Shown here: positions 10,501-25,500 of the stretch, in pieces
How positions within the stretch are numbered: the stretch's first letter is position 1
Layout of the letters: each line of letters begins with the position of its first letter
Assembly (NCBI RefSeq): GCF_000315625.1
Contig: NW_005434670.1
Coordinates: 1,132,258 to 1,196,257, forward strand
DNA: 64,000 nt
Origin: Guillardia theta CCMP2712
Lineage: Eukaryota > Protista > Cryptophyta
Reading direction: 5' to 3'
The notes under the pieces: model-generated
Seen by the model: the letters and a program-made list of their open reading frames with translations, nothing else
Database searches by the model: none
Told to the model about the DNA's origin: nothing
Program-made: the position numbers and the translations under genes

Positions 10501-13500
10501 GTGTTTCATCACATTCCTCCATCTTGTCGGTAGATTCTTTGATAGTATCTGATAGTTTCGTATTTAATTCTCTTTCCTCGGGATCTTCGTGGATCTCAAT
10601 AAGTGGGCAAAATTTTGCATCTAGAGATTTTTCCATTCGCATCAATTCTTACAGTCCAAGCGAATCATCAGAATGGATTTCAGACTCTTCAGTAGCATGC
10701 AGAGGAACATCTTCCATGTCTCAGAGTAGATTTGCAAGTGCAACAGTCTGTATGCTGCTCGGTAGCGCATCTTCAATCTTTTCCACAGATTCTTCACATT
10801 GCTCATCTGTCATGGTCACGAATGTGGCATCAACAGGATCTTCTCTTCTTACTGTCATCGGAGCACACTACGGTATTACCAGCTACTCTGCCAGGCTAAC
10901 AGGGCTGACTGCAGCAGAAGCTAGTTCCTGGTTTTCTGATAGTGCTATCTTGTGTGCAGCAAGCGAAGGAGATGCAACAAGCAAACGAGCCGTGGTGACC
11001 ACAGGGATTGAAGTGGGTACAGCAACAAACATCTTCTCGATTGATAGAGACACTATATCAGGAACATCTATTTCCAACAGCGTTTCAATTGCCAGCGAGC
11101 CTGTCGTGCAAGCCGGTTCTGCATTTTCAATGTTCGACAATACAATCAGAGTAAGCATTCAAAGCATATGTGAATCTAGCGGATGGCTTTCAACATCTTC
11201 AATCTTTTGCAAAGTTGGATCAGGATATGGACATACCATGAAATTTGCAATTTCATCTGTCCATTTATCAACTTTTACAGAGGCATATTCCTTCGATCAC
11301 TCGACTGTGTCCTTTAGCTCAAGGTTTAATAATCCCTCCACGGGAAGTGTCATCTTGTCTGCATGGGGTCATTTTGTAAGAGATAGTACGAGCAACTTGA
11401 GGATTGGTCACAGTAGTGCAGAATCATCAAATTGGGTTTCTGATACATCCATTCGAAGTCAGACCAGCCAAGGGAGTGGCAAAACCTCAAATATGTACAT
11501 TTCAATCGCACATGCCTCTGGAACTCTTTCTGAATCATTGTCTTTCGAGGCAAATTCTATTTCGTCCTTGTTTACTGCAAACTTTTTTCCAAAGGGCAAT
11601 CGAACACTTTTTGTTATGGGAGAATCATTCATGCCATACTCTCTCAGCCCGCTCTTGAGAATCAGCCCATCATTTTGTGAAGCCACATCATGGATTTCAG
11701 AGACTTCTATTGCATGTTCAGGAACAGTCTTCATTTCTCGAACTTCAACTGTGATTGTAACAACCTCTTTGAACACTGGCTCACTGTCTGGAGCCTTCTC
11801 GAGCGATTCAGTTGTTATGGAGCTTGAAAATCGAAATGGACCATGTACTGGATCAACCATGGTGCACATTGCTACCATTCAAACAGGTCTCTCAAGTTCT
11901 AGTATGGTACGGATCTTGTCAACAAGTTGTGAGCAAACATTGTGGAATTCAGAATCTGCCATCATCTGTCAATTAGCAGCAGGTGCAAGGTACACGCATA
12001 CTGTGATCATTTCTCAAGATCGCTCCTTAGCTAGTATCTGCAGCTCGTTTTCTTTTGATCTTGGACAGATTACTGCTCTTTCTGCAATCAATTATGCGTT
12101 GTTCCAGCAGCAAAGCTCGTACATCTTTGGGGAAAACTTTGGGTCTCGTTTTGAAACCAACCAAATTGATTTCGGCAGTACAACATGCGAATCTACAATG
12201 TGGATTTCGGATACAACAACTGCATGTATGATTTCGCAGGGGCTGTCAAAAAGTCATTCTACAACTATTACCATGGGGAATGTTGTTTCAACTACATCGG
12301 ACATTTTGTCTTACGACTCTCTGCTGATCATCCCTTCAACACAGGTGAATTTCGCTGCTACTGGATCAGTCAAGATCTTGTTTGAATCTAGCTTAATGAA
12401 TACAATTCGAACTTCTATCAATATCAGAACTGGCCAAACCAACTGCGAAGGCTCTAATTGGAACTCTGATTCAAGCATCACGTGCTATTCCAGCGCTGGA
12501 GCTCAGCAGACAATGAAAGTTGTTTTTACACTCGTTTCCTTTTCGTTCAATTCTATAACGCAAGCACTGACCTATGATGCAAATTCGTTGACATCGTTGC
12601 ATTTGCAAAATAGTCCAAGTACAGGCTCTGTGACAATCTCATTTCTTGGGTTGAATCTTGGGGTTGCAGATTGTGCTTTCATTCGCCTGGGTTACACGGC
12701 TTGTGAACTTTCTTCGTGGGTTTCATCAACATCAGTGCAAGCGATGTCAGCTCAAACTTTCGCAAGATCACAGAAGGTTATCTTCACTTGTGCATCCCAC
12801 GTTGGTTCAAGCACATCCGCTTTTTCAACTTCCGTTCCATCTATTTCAACAACCGCTCGCTCAAATGCACACAGTACTGGATCGATGTATGTCTCCATCA
12901 TTGGTGAAGGTTTCAACCAACATGAAGCCTCATCGTCTGCAAAAATCTTTTTCACAGCGTGTGAGGCTACCTTCTGGATATCTCAAAGTCAATTGAGCTG
13001 CCTCAGTGCTTCAGGGGAGGCCAGCAGTACCAAACTCATCGTCTCGATTCAAAACATGTTTTTCAGCAGCACGGAATTATTTACAACGGGTGCAGAGAGG
13101 ATCAGTTTGGCATCGCGGCAGAATTTTCCAAGTACTGGAAGTGTATTGTTTTCCGTTGATGGAACAGATTTCTCTAAGAAATCATGTTCCATGAACATGA
13201 GGCTTGCGGAAACCGTATGTGAGGCAACCGGCTGGGGATCCGAAACAAGCGTCGTCTGCCTTTCTCAAAGTGCGCTCTTGAGATCGAGAAAGATTCAAAT
13301 TACAGTACATGTCATGCAGGGCACATTATCCGAAAGCATCTCGATTGATTATTCTTCACTCTCGCTCCTCTCTGCGAAGAACTTTCCCGTCACAGGAGGC
13401 CTCTCCCTAACAATCTTCGGATCAAAGTTTGGATTGACTGCCAGCAGTCATGTTTCTACGATTGGTAGCACACCCATCGAAGGAACAAACTGGATTTCAG

Positions 13501-16500
13501 ATACAGCTGTTGTGACACGTACTCATTATTCTTTACAAAACACCATGCGGTTGCTGCTATCGATCGTTGGATTTCAGGGCACTACCTCTGAAATGTTATC
13601 CATCGATGCACCACCTATGACTTTAGACATATCCAATGCTGCTGGTACTGGAGCCATCAAGGTTGCTGTCTTTGGATATCTTTCTGCTGTGTTTGACACT
13701 CCACGCTTTCGCATCTCAGCAACAGCATGTGAGGCCACCCAGTGGGAATCTGTTTCTGCCGTTATGTGTTACACAGGTCCCATGGTGGGTGGGAGCAGAC
13801 AAATCATGACAAGTATTGGAGCGCAAGCTAACAGCATCACTGAGGCTTTTACAAGCGATCAATCTGTCAGTGATAGCTTTGAGAGTAACTCTCCTAGTAC
13901 AGGGAGTGTGGCATTGACTGTTCATGGAGCGGATTACTCCCATTTTTCCGTATCAAACCGAGTAAGATTTACATTTTCTGCATCCGAATCTACTTCTTGG
14001 TTATCGGATTCTTCCATACAGTGCCTCTCGATTGCAGTCATGCTATCTTCGTCAACCATTGTGATAACGTCCCATCAATTGCTCTCTAGCCGTACGGAAA
14101 CCATTTCTTTGGACAATGCTGCTCTGTCTTGTATGGAAAGGATCAATCTTGCCATAACAGGGTCAACTCTAATTTCGATAACAGGAGGTAACATGGGTCA
14201 CTATTCGAACAGCGTCATGGCAAGGGTTTCGCATTCTACAGCTGAATTGTCAGAATGGAGATCCACCAGCTCGATTGTTTGCCTAGGTTCCGTTACGCTT
14301 GGAAATACTTTCAAGTTTTCTATAACTATCTCTGGTTTCGATTCTACTGTGTCATCGTCGCTGTCAACAGATGCACTTTCGATTTCTGATTCCATGGAAA
14401 GAAATTATTTTAAGACAAGTTTAACAGAAATTCAGATCTTCAGTAATGCTATTGGCTTGAAAACATCCTCACAATCCTCCAAGGTTCACTACACACCTTG
14501 TGATAGTTCGCATTGGCTTTCGGAAACTGCATTGCATTGTCTTGCTGGAGTATTGCAAAGCCCTACATTATCAGTAATGATAACTCACTCAATGTTAGTG
14601 TCGACAACAACAGCACTCTTATCTTGGGACACTTTAGTGGTATCAGCGCTGCTGGCTAATGCTCCGAGTACGGGCTCGCTGAGCATGGTGATTTTTGGTA
14701 GTGGTATGGGGCTCTTTCAAAGCACAATCAGTACGAGAAGTCAACACACTGCGTTGGAATGTACCGAGTGGGTCTCAGAAACATCTGTACGTTCAATGAT
14801 GAATGAATTCATTTCTGGAAGCAGATCCATTGCAATCACAATGTCAGTACAACCCCAGTCGATCTCGGAGATGCTTTCGTCTGATGTTTCTTTTTTGAGC
14901 ACAGCAACCCGATCAAATTCACCTAACACTGGTTCAGCGCATATAACTGTGTCCGGTACAGGGAGCGGTCTTGCTCACTACTCAATCTCCAACCGGATGC
15001 ATAGATCATCCTGTGAATTGTCCGACTGGCTTTCTGCAACGTCGGTTGTGTGCATGACTGCAAGTTTAGTTGGAAGAACAAAAAGCCTGACTCTGACTGT
15101 GGGAATCAATGTTGGAACTGTGACGGACATACTTACACATGATTCGTTTTCTCTACACCAAGATTCAAATGCCAACGCACCATCCACTGGTGCTGTATCT
15201 GTCACAATCCTGGGTGGATTTGCGCTTTATGATGCCAGTTCTTCTTTGAGGAGAGGTTATACTTCAATGGAAGCGAGCGAATGGATCTCTGATACACAAA
15301 TCGCGGGATTTTCATCACGAACAACAGCAGGCAGCGCAAAGATTATTCTTACGGCGTCTTCTTCACAGGGTAGCATCACTTTTGCAGCTTCTGCAGATGT
15401 TCCGTTGTTGTCAGACATGGAAAGGAGGAATTTTGCTTTCCCTAGTGAATCGTCAATCACCATCTTCGGTTCTTCTTTCGGCAGCCTGTGGACCTCTCTG
15501 TCACTCGCAATAGGCTGTACAGTTGCTGAATTGACAAGCTGGAATTCTGAAACGACGATCGTTTCAAGAATTTCAGCGTTTCAAGTCAACAGCATGAGAA
15601 TCGTTCTTACCTCTTCATCCCTTGTATCCACTACCACTTATTTGATCTCTGCTGATGCAACAGCTGGTATTTCGACTACAAGGCAGAACTTACCAGGAAC
15701 TGGAACATTGCAGATCACTATCGTAGGAATCAATGTAGGCCTGCAGGACAATTCACCTGCCTTTAGAGCAGGGGCCATGACCAGTTGCGAAAGTTCAGAT
15801 TGGATTTCAAGCACATCCCTTTACGTGAGATCAGCAGCTCTACAGGGAAGAAGTATGAGGTTGAGCGTCACTTCTGCTGGTATGGTAGGCGAGACTGTCA
15901 CCAATGCTCTGACGGTTGACAGTCCACAAATTTCAGAAGGAATCAGAATGAATGCTCCAAGTTCTGGCTCAGTATCCTTGACTCTAATAGGCAGAGACTT
16001 TGGCCTCTCCAGTTTAAGTTCTGTACTTCTCGTTTCTTCCTCTGCGGAGGCGTCAAGTTGGCTTTCAGATACTTCCATCGCCTGTAGACTTTCCCTAGTT
16101 TATGCCAAATCCTTGAAAGTGAAAGTGACCGTTGGTGTAAGTCTCGGATCAGGCTCGATTGCGTATTCAAGCGATTTGACTTGTAGCAATTTGAAAACAT
16201 CTAATTCAATGTCGACCGGCTCAATAAGTGTATCGGTTTTCGGGGCAGGATTTTCGCCTCTTGCAGTAAGCGGTTTCTCCAGAGTCACCGGCACATCATG
16301 TGAAAATACAGAATGGGAGTCTGACTCAAGTGTCCGTTGCACGGCTTCAGCTGGTGTATCAGGTACAGGAAGGATCATTGTGACGCAAGGGCAGCAAACT
16401 GGTTCGCTTTCTTCAAGCTTTTCTTACTGCATACGATCTACAAGTCAAATGTTAGCAGCTAATTTTGCATCTACAGGCTCTAGCATCGTCACTTTACATG

Positions 16501-19500
16501 GCAACCTGGCGAATCGTGATTTCCCTACTATGACAACACGTATTTCAGGCACTGGATGTGAATATACCAGTTGGATCTCCGAACTGTCATTGACGTGCAG
16601 GGCTTCGAATAGTCTGAAACATTCTTCGACTTTGATCGTCACTTCGCATGCAGCAGCAGGTTCGTTGACTCAAGCGTTGTCAAATGATGTTCCTGCAATA
16701 CGCTGGCAGACGGTTGGCAACCAGGTGTCTTCGGGTTCCATATCTTTGACTCTTCTTGGCATCGGATTTGGTGTGGCATCAATAAGTCAGGCAATCTCTA
16801 TCGGATTTTCAGCCTTCGAAGCGACAATGTGGATCTCGGACACAAGTATGTTGTGTCAGAGTGTGTCGACCAACAAGGGATCGATGACGGTTGGAATCAC
16901 TGTCGGTTTGACTTCTGGGACTGTTTCGCAACTTTTTTCGACTGACTTTCCCGTAATTAGTACATACTCATCTAGAAACATTGTGTCCACTGGATCTGCA
17001 AGCCTTTCAATTGTTGGGTTTGGGTTCTCTGGATTTGGATACAGTCAACTCACAGGAATAAGTTTAACAGTTGCTGAGGCGACCAGTTGGCTGTCAGATT
17101 CGGCACTGCAATGCAGAAGTTGCCGATCACTGACTGGAAGTGGCCTGGCGATCGTAACAAGTGCAGGGCTGTTAGGGAGTTCGACAAGTGTCTATAGCAG
17201 TGATGGGTTGAGCCTATCGAATGCTCTGCGCAAGAATATTCCACATTCGGGATCCATTTCAATCACAATACATGGATCAGGAATGGGATTGTTCTCGAGC
17301 ACACCGTTTCCACGGGTAAGTAGCACCAGTTCTGAATCATCAGATTGGATTGGAGATAGTTCAATTCTGTGCCAAGTTTCTTCAAATTTGGGCAAGACAA
17401 GCAGTTTGCAAATTACGGCAAATGTTGGCCACATGGGAAGCTCCAGTAACAGTCTTTCAGTCGATCTGTCGATCCTGCATACAGTGATCCGCAGCAATCA
17501 TCCCGCAAGTGGTTCAAGTATTTTCACAATTGTTGGTGGCAATTTCATGATTCCTTCCTCAGCTGGAGTCCGCATCCATTCATCTGCTTCTGAATTCTCT
17601 GAATGGCTTTCGCAAACTTCGATTTCTTGTCGTAGCTCCACAACAACAAGACACTCCATGTCTGTGGTGATTACTGCTGGAAATTTGGGACAGACCATTT
17701 CGAGTTCGTTTTCGTCCGACCTTTCATACCTGTCAAATTCTGCAATGACAAATGGCGCGAGTACAGGTTCATATTCAGTTACCATAATCGGAATGGGATA
17801 TTCGATGGTCTCTAATTCTCAAAATTCTCGAGCTTCTCGAACCTCATGTGAAGGTTCGCAATGGCAAAGCGAGACAAGCATCAAGTGTTTGAATGCGGTT
17901 CTGATTGGAACATCACTCAAACTCATCGTCACAGCTGGTCTCAAAGCTTCTTCACAATCGGATGTATTCTCATTCAATCTATTCTCTTTGAGTAGCGAGG
18001 CACCTTCGAACAGCGTTAGCAGCGGCTCCACTTCTGTTACAATCTTTGGTACTAGCTTTTCCCTCAGCTCACATTCAAACTCTTTAAGGGTCTATCACTC
18101 CGCTTGTGAAGCCACTAAGTGGAGTGCTGAGACAGAAATTACATGTTCTGTACCAAAAGCTGTTTTGAGAAGCAGGTCTCTTCAAGTATCAGCCATGGGC
18201 TATGTGGGAACTTCAAGCCACTTTCATTCGTTCGACCTTCCTGCTACCAGCTCGCTCTTTCGAGCCAACAGACCCTCATATCCCCAAGGCATCTTTATTC
18301 ATCAGATCCTGGTATCGTACAGGCTGTCTACTTCCAGAGGAAAGATAGGCATGACTCCATGCCAAGCCTCGGAATGGGATTCAGTTACAAGCATATCGTG
18401 CCAATACCCACAAGGCTCTCAAGCATCTTTGCCTGCTTTCGTAACAGCTGGTCAGGGCTTTATTGCAAGTTTCACGGAAACATTTTCATATGATCGTGAT
18501 AGTATTTCGGTCATCCTACCAAGGAACATTCCATCGACAGGATCATCCCTTTTCATGCTGTTTGGAAATTATTTTCTTGCAGAGTCTACCACCAGAGTAC
18601 GGACCCAATCTACATCATCTGAACGAACACGATGGATCTCCGTCTATTCTTTGAATGTCCTGTCAGGTGCAGTGCAAGCTGGTACACGAAGACTTAGCCT
18701 TTCCATTGGCAAGCAAGTCGGCACATCAACGGAGACGATATCAACTGATAACGTCCATATTTCAGTTATCAAGAACTCCAATACCCCTTCAAACGTCCAA
18801 TTGAGACTTGTCAGCATCTGTGGCTCAAGGTTTGGAGTCGTATCATCGAGCCCGTTCGCTAGGGTATCGAGCACTAGCTGCGAAAGAACGAAATGGGTTT
18901 CAGACTCTTCGATTACAGCATTGACTGTTATGAATGTTGCATTGCATTCTCTTGCCAACGTGGTGACTGTAAGTCAATTGACGGGCAGTATAAGCAATTC
19001 GTTTTCTTCTGACGTGGCTCTTGGAAGCATCACGTTACCCACAAATGTGATGGTGACTGGATCCATGCAAATGTCTATCTTTGGAAGTTCAATCTTGAAT
19101 TTGACTCCGATGGCTAGATTAGGAGGAACCAAGTGCGAATTGACCAAGTGGCTGTCAAGCACGTCTATTCTTAGCAGGGATGCAAGTGGATTTGGAGGTT
19201 CACAACAGCTTTCACTCACCAGCTCTACTCTTGCCAGGACTTTAACTAATGCTTTTTCTTACAATCTATGCACACTCAGTGAAAAGAAAAAGTCGAATTT
19301 ACCAAACACTGGACACATTTACATCACCCTTGCTGGCTCCAATATCGGTATTAATGACGGAACTGTCCGTGGAAGAATTCAGTCAACCATGATGGAACGC
19401 AGCATGTGGATTGCTGAAACAAGTATTTTATGTATAGCACCAAAATCTTCCGGACACAGTGGAGGAATTGCCGTCACCCTCAAGCAAAAGGTGGGAACCA

Positions 19501-22500
19501 CTACATATCTTCTCTCAGCAGATTGTGGAGTTGTGAGTTCTATTCGAACATCAAACGGACCAAGTACAGGTGGGCTTACGTTCCAAATCGTAGGCGCGAA
19601 TTATGGTTTATTTGCGCAATCCACGGTACACAGAACCGGTCAAACATCATCTATCCGGACAAGGTGGGTTTCAGATACAAGTGTTGTCGGCCAGAAGAAG
19701 GGAGGGAAGGCTTTCACAAGGCAAGTAGTAATCACTGCAGCAAGGAAGGTGGGATCAATCAGTGAAGTGCAATCATTCGATGCTCCATCAATCAAAAACA
19801 TGCAGCTTTCTAATTCGCATACCACGAGCATCGCATCGATGTCTGTCTCAGGCTCTAGTTTCACGTCATTCCAACTTTCCTTCACGGTTAGGTTAGGCGA
19901 TACTGCAGCAATGATCTCAGCCTGGGTGTCATCCACATCCATCAAGTGCCTGGCCAGCGGTTCCATTGGACGTTCTCAGCATGTCTCTATCTCGTTACAG
20001 TCCGTAGGTAGTATTACTGAGATGTTCTCCACAGACGCGCCGTCATTAGTTTCTTTCAATGTCACCAAGGGTGATGACTTCTATTCACTTGAATTCCCTG
20101 GAAATTCCTTGTACGACCGGGCTCAGCTAGGGTCCTTCAAAGGTTTTCCGACCACAGAGACAACAATCGAATTTTGGATGAGAAAGAATGCAAGAAGTTC
20201 AATTCAAACGGTTCTAAGCTGTCGTTCTTACACAGGTTTCGTGAATGAAGTCGTCATTCGGGCGACGGATGACAACCGATTAGTCTCTCAGATTAAGAAT
20301 GAGCCTTCGCTCCTAACCTCCTGTGATTTTGTTCCTGGTCAGTGGAATCACTTTGCATTTACATGGGAAAGCGCAAGAGGAAGGGTAGTTTGTATAAGAA
20401 ATGGAGTGGTACAATCCGAAGCCTATGGCATTGCAGTAGGCGGGGTACTTGACCAATCCATTGTAATGATGATTGGGCAAGATCAGAGCGAAAGCAGAAG
20501 TGAGCTCGAAGCTTTCTCCGGCGGCATTTCTCAACTTCGGATCTGGGATTTGATTAGACCGTTGCCAGACATAGCATACTCCATGGACAAAACCTTCGAT
20601 TTCACCGTCTTTTCACCGCCTGGTTTGGTTGCATATTACACTTTTATGAAATATTACACTGGAGACGACAAATCACCCTACCGCAATGATCTTGTGATCG
20701 TTGGTAATGTAGAAACAATACTGTTAGTCAATGCTCCTGTTGGCCTGACGTTGTATCAGTCAGAGAATAGTTTGATTTCTCCTTGCAATTCTCCTGATAT
20801 CGGCCTCGTCGGCATTTATTTGCGAGGAAAAACTTTCGGACTCGCAAGTTACTCTGTCTCTAGCCGTATTGATGGTCGCACAGCTGGAATATCAACGCTC
20901 TGGTACTCGGATTCTTCAGTGAGAGTGCACCAAGGCTATGCAACGCAGTCAACAAGGTCTTCCCTGATGACTGTCGGCCAGCAATGTGGCACAATTTCAG
21001 AGGCTTTCACCATCGACTCCCCTGAGCCCAGCACTGTTCTCCCTAAAAATTTACCTTCGACTTCTGCAACGTCAATCACTATCGCTGGTAGTGGGTATGG
21101 TGGACTAGACTACAGCTTACTAGGGAGAATGACGAGCACATCTCTTGAGATGACTATATGGTTTTCTGACACAACCCTCTTTGGCAAAGTGATGTCAGGA
21201 TCAATGAGATCTGGCATTCCAAGTGTGACTGTTGGAAGTGGTATAGGATCTCTTTCTGCAGCATTCACTTTTGATTCGGTCGTGCTTGAGAGTGAAATTC
21301 ATCCACAAACCAATTTGCTGACTTCAGGATCCTTGTTGGTCGATGTCACGATGAAAGTTGGATACTTCTCACGAAGCTACTCTTCTAGGATTGGAGCTTC
21401 AAGCGCTGAAAGGACCACTTGGATGTCCAAGACCAGCATCAAATCCAAGGCCTCTCTTGGAGTCAGTCAGAGCTTGGCAGTGATAATAACAGGCGATACA
21501 ACCGTTGGAAGTGTTACAGATGTTCTATCCTTTGATACTTCACTTTCACAACATTTCAATGTCTCGGTCACAAATTTTGGAAATATTGATCATTTGCAAG
21601 TTTCTATCTCGGGTTTGGGCATCGGATATTTTGATAATTCCATTAGTTCAAGATTGTCATCGACGGGCTCGGAACGATCAGTATGGTTGTCAGGTAAACC
21701 AATCAATCGGAAATTTTATTTTTTTCCTTCTGACATGAATGTGCCAGATACTTCTCTATCCTTCAAGGTTCCAGCGTTCAATTTCGCGACCAGATCATTC
21801 TTGATCAGCCTTGTTCTTCGAAGCGAGACAGCAACAGAGACTTATTCGTGTGACATTGTTCCTTTCTTCGTCACAAGCGGAAAAGCCGTAACTCCTGCCA
21901 CTGGTTCTTTTGCTTTGCCGGGTAAGTTGCTTTTGTTCGTCTCCACCAATGATTCTTACGTGTGGAATCGCAGTGTTGGGAGATCAATTAGGAACGTATT
22001 CATGCACAGAGAAAGTAAGGATAGGTAAGACTGGAAGTGAAAGGACACTCTGGTCCTCTTCTACGTACATCATGACTCGGACTCCGGCTGGTTCATTTGG
22101 ATCTCTCGGTATCAGCCTCTCGATTGAAATGTTGGTTTCTACGCAGTCTAGGCTTGTTTCATATCTGCCACCGGATATGAGCAGTGCTCGACCTCGCAAT
22201 GTACCTGCATCGGGTTCAATCAGCCTTTCCGTGCTAGGGCGAAACATGGGAACACGTTCATTCAGCTCGAGCCTTCGAAGTTTCCGAACCAGTACAATGG
22301 CAACAAAATGGATTGCTGATACATCTTTGATTGCAAGAAATGCAAAGGGACTGGAGGTTTCAATCAAGCTTGTCTCTAGTGTGTCTTGTGTCCTTGGAAC
22401 TCGTACCAAACTCCTCACATATGATGGGCCCTCTGTCAATCAAGTGTCTTTACCTCGTAATTTTGAACCCAGTGCTGTTGTGTCATCGTCAGTAACTGTC

Positions 22501-25500
22501 TTGGGAACAAACTTCGGTTATTTCCACCAGACCCCGGCAAGCAGGACAGGAAGCTCCTGCAACTCAGCGACTTTCTGGATCTCCAACACAGCTCTCTACG
22601 CAAAGGTTTCCAATGGAATCTCTTTCACTGAAGAATACATGGTCACAGTTGCAGTTGCAAGATTCGGCACATTGACCGAGGTAGATCTCGTGTTCCTGGA
22701 ATCTGAAGATGATTGATTTCAATGCAGGTTATGAGCTTCGATTCTCCCTCACTCAGCCTTGCAACGCCTCCGAACAGTCCCACGTCAGGCGGGAAGAGCA
22801 TGACAATCAGGGGAAGAGACTTCGGAGCGTTTGATCATTCGTCAAAGGCACGAGTAGCAGCTGACACAAATACCAGAGTCATATCGATGAATGGGGGTAA
22901 GTCAAAACAGGTTGCAACTCCTGTCTCTGAACTTTTCTGTCAGGAACCGCCTTGGAGGCGACCAAATGGTTTTCTGCTACTATCATCGTTTGTAGGTTGC
23001 CACGAGGATTGCTGTCGAATTATCCCATTGCTTTGAGCATTGCTTCTAGAGTATCTACCATCTCTCAGACCTTGACGTACGACATGCCTACAATCTACGC
23101 GAGCATAGATCCCAATGGCCCTTCTGCGGGAGGCAGCACTTCTCTTGTGTTGGGATCTAATCTTGGATGGATAGATACCTCCTTGTCCCTGCGGATCGGC
23201 GGTACCAACTGTTACACAACGCAATGGTTGTCTGGAAGCAGCGTGACTTGCTTGATCCCTCTTGGAGATGGCATCATGAGGGACATCGCGGTCACCTTAT
23301 ACAGAATGAAAGCGACGCTATCTTTGGCATTTAGCTACAATTCCATAGTCTTAGACTTCGCGCAACCGCAGACTAGCAACATTCCCCCCAATTCAACGAC
23401 AAGTTTGACAGCCTTGGGCAAGAACTTTGGGAATGATCCTGTCTTAGCTGGCAGTCCAAATCTGAGAGTAGGAGGGACGTCTTGCATGGCGACGACGTGG
23501 GTTTCTGATTCTTCACTCACTTGTGCTGCAAGCAGCGGGTTGGGGGGCAGCAAGTCTATCACCTTGACTAACAGAGGGCGAACAAGCACAGTCTCCAACA
23601 GCATCACCTTTGACAATCCTAATGTACTCAGCATTTTGCCTCTCAATACCACGTACAATTCGTCATCCCCCTACTTGATTGCCATTCGCAGCTATTCCTT
23701 ATTCACAACTCTATCGGCTAAGATCTCTGGAACCTCCACTAGGATGTCAGAATGGACCTCGGAATCTAGTGTGCTATGTATGACAAGCACTGGCTTTGGA
23801 ATGAGCAAATCGATTGTGATAACAACATCGATACAACCTCAATCTCTCTCGCAAGTCTTCACGTATTCGTCACATTTCTTGAGCATCGGTCATCCCACAA
23901 ATGGTCCCAAAATTGGTTTTACGGAACTGACCTTGCATGGATCCTCGTTCGGAACGGGAGATCGATCAGCTTCGGCCCGGATTTTAAGTTCTTCAGATGA
24001 TTTGTATTTGACGTACGGAACGAGCGCTTCAACTACGTGGCTCTCTGATACCGCTCTGCTTGCCTTGACTTGTCGAGGTTTATCCTCGAAAGCCTCGATC
24101 ACTGTCTCACTAGAGATACGAGTGAATACTCTTTCGGCTGTTTTCTCTTACGATGCCTTTCTAGACTTTGTTTTGACCCATCCAAATGCCCCACTCTCAG
24201 GGGGAGTGCGGACTACAGTCACAGGACAAAATTTCGGTTGGTTAGATCTGACACCAGCTTTGACAATAGGGGGCAGCATTTGTCAAGGTACAACCTGGCT
24301 TTCAGACAGTACCATTGAGTGTACCTTCTCTCGTGGAGACAAGTATTTGTTTCCGACTACCAACTCTACTGGGGAGCTTCTCGCTTTGACAATCAACAAT
24401 TTGACGCAAACGAACCGACGCTACACGCTCTCCTACGATTCCCCCAGCATGTTCTTGATATCAGGAACAAATCTCCGAAGTAGGGGACAGTCTCTAATCA
24501 GCATCTACGGAAGCAACTTTGGAGTGCTCAGGGACCTTTCAGTGCACACCCGAGTTGGTTTCACTTCCGCTGAATTGTCAGAGTGGACATCAGACACTGC
24601 GGTCATCGGCCATTGCGCTTCCGGCGTGTCTGGCTTACTCTCAGTTGAGGTGACTGTAGTAGGAACTTTGAGTACAATATCGGAAGCTGTCACATACGCT
24701 CGCCCATCGATCAATTACATCTCTCCCATCTTTGATCAGCCTGGCGGAGGGGAGACGGTCAATATCACTGGCCAGAGCTTTGGAGTTTCAGATTACACGC
24801 CCAAGGTCTTCGTCGACTTTAATCCTTGCTTGATTAGCATCTGGACAAGTGACTCTGCCATCAGCTGTACAGTTCCGAGAGGCTACGGGCCCGGTCAAGG
24901 AGTCGCTGTGGCAGTGGGAGATGAATTTGGTACACCTTCGATTGTGTTCGAATACTTGGATCAAACCATTCTGGATCAAGGGGATGTTCCGCTTGCTTCT
25001 CACGCGTTCCTTGCACTCTGGCTTCGGGCAGACTCTTTGATCACAACATCTGATGCAAACCTCAACTATCAGGGAGACTTCAATTGGTCTGATTTCAGGA
25101 GCACAGGGTTGCCTGCAGTGGTAGTGAACGGACCAGAAATCTTGAAGCGGCAAATCAACGACTTGCCTATTGTGAGTATCCAACGAAAACGAACTTGATT
25201 GGTCGGGTGTTGACATTTGTTGCAGGTCCGATTATCAGCTAATCGGTCGAATGGGATCAAGCTTCCCGCTACCTTACATTCCATCTTCGGGCCAGGAGCC
25301 CTCGTGAACAGACAGTTTTGCATCTTCTATGTTGTAAAGATTTCTTCCTTCGATGAAATTGGCATGAATCTGCTTTTTGCTGGAAATGACCAAGGGAGCT
25401 CATTCTTCTCATTCAGGTCAGTAGATTAGACTCTCGTAACATCTATTGACACCTCTTTGCAGTGTCCTCCCCGTCGATGGCACACACGAACATGTCATGC

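Noticed and set aside
10463-25323. Numerous 60-150 aa minus-strand ORFs within the giant gene
   Set aside because: They are antisense shadows of Ser/Thr-rich coding sequence with no independent motifs.
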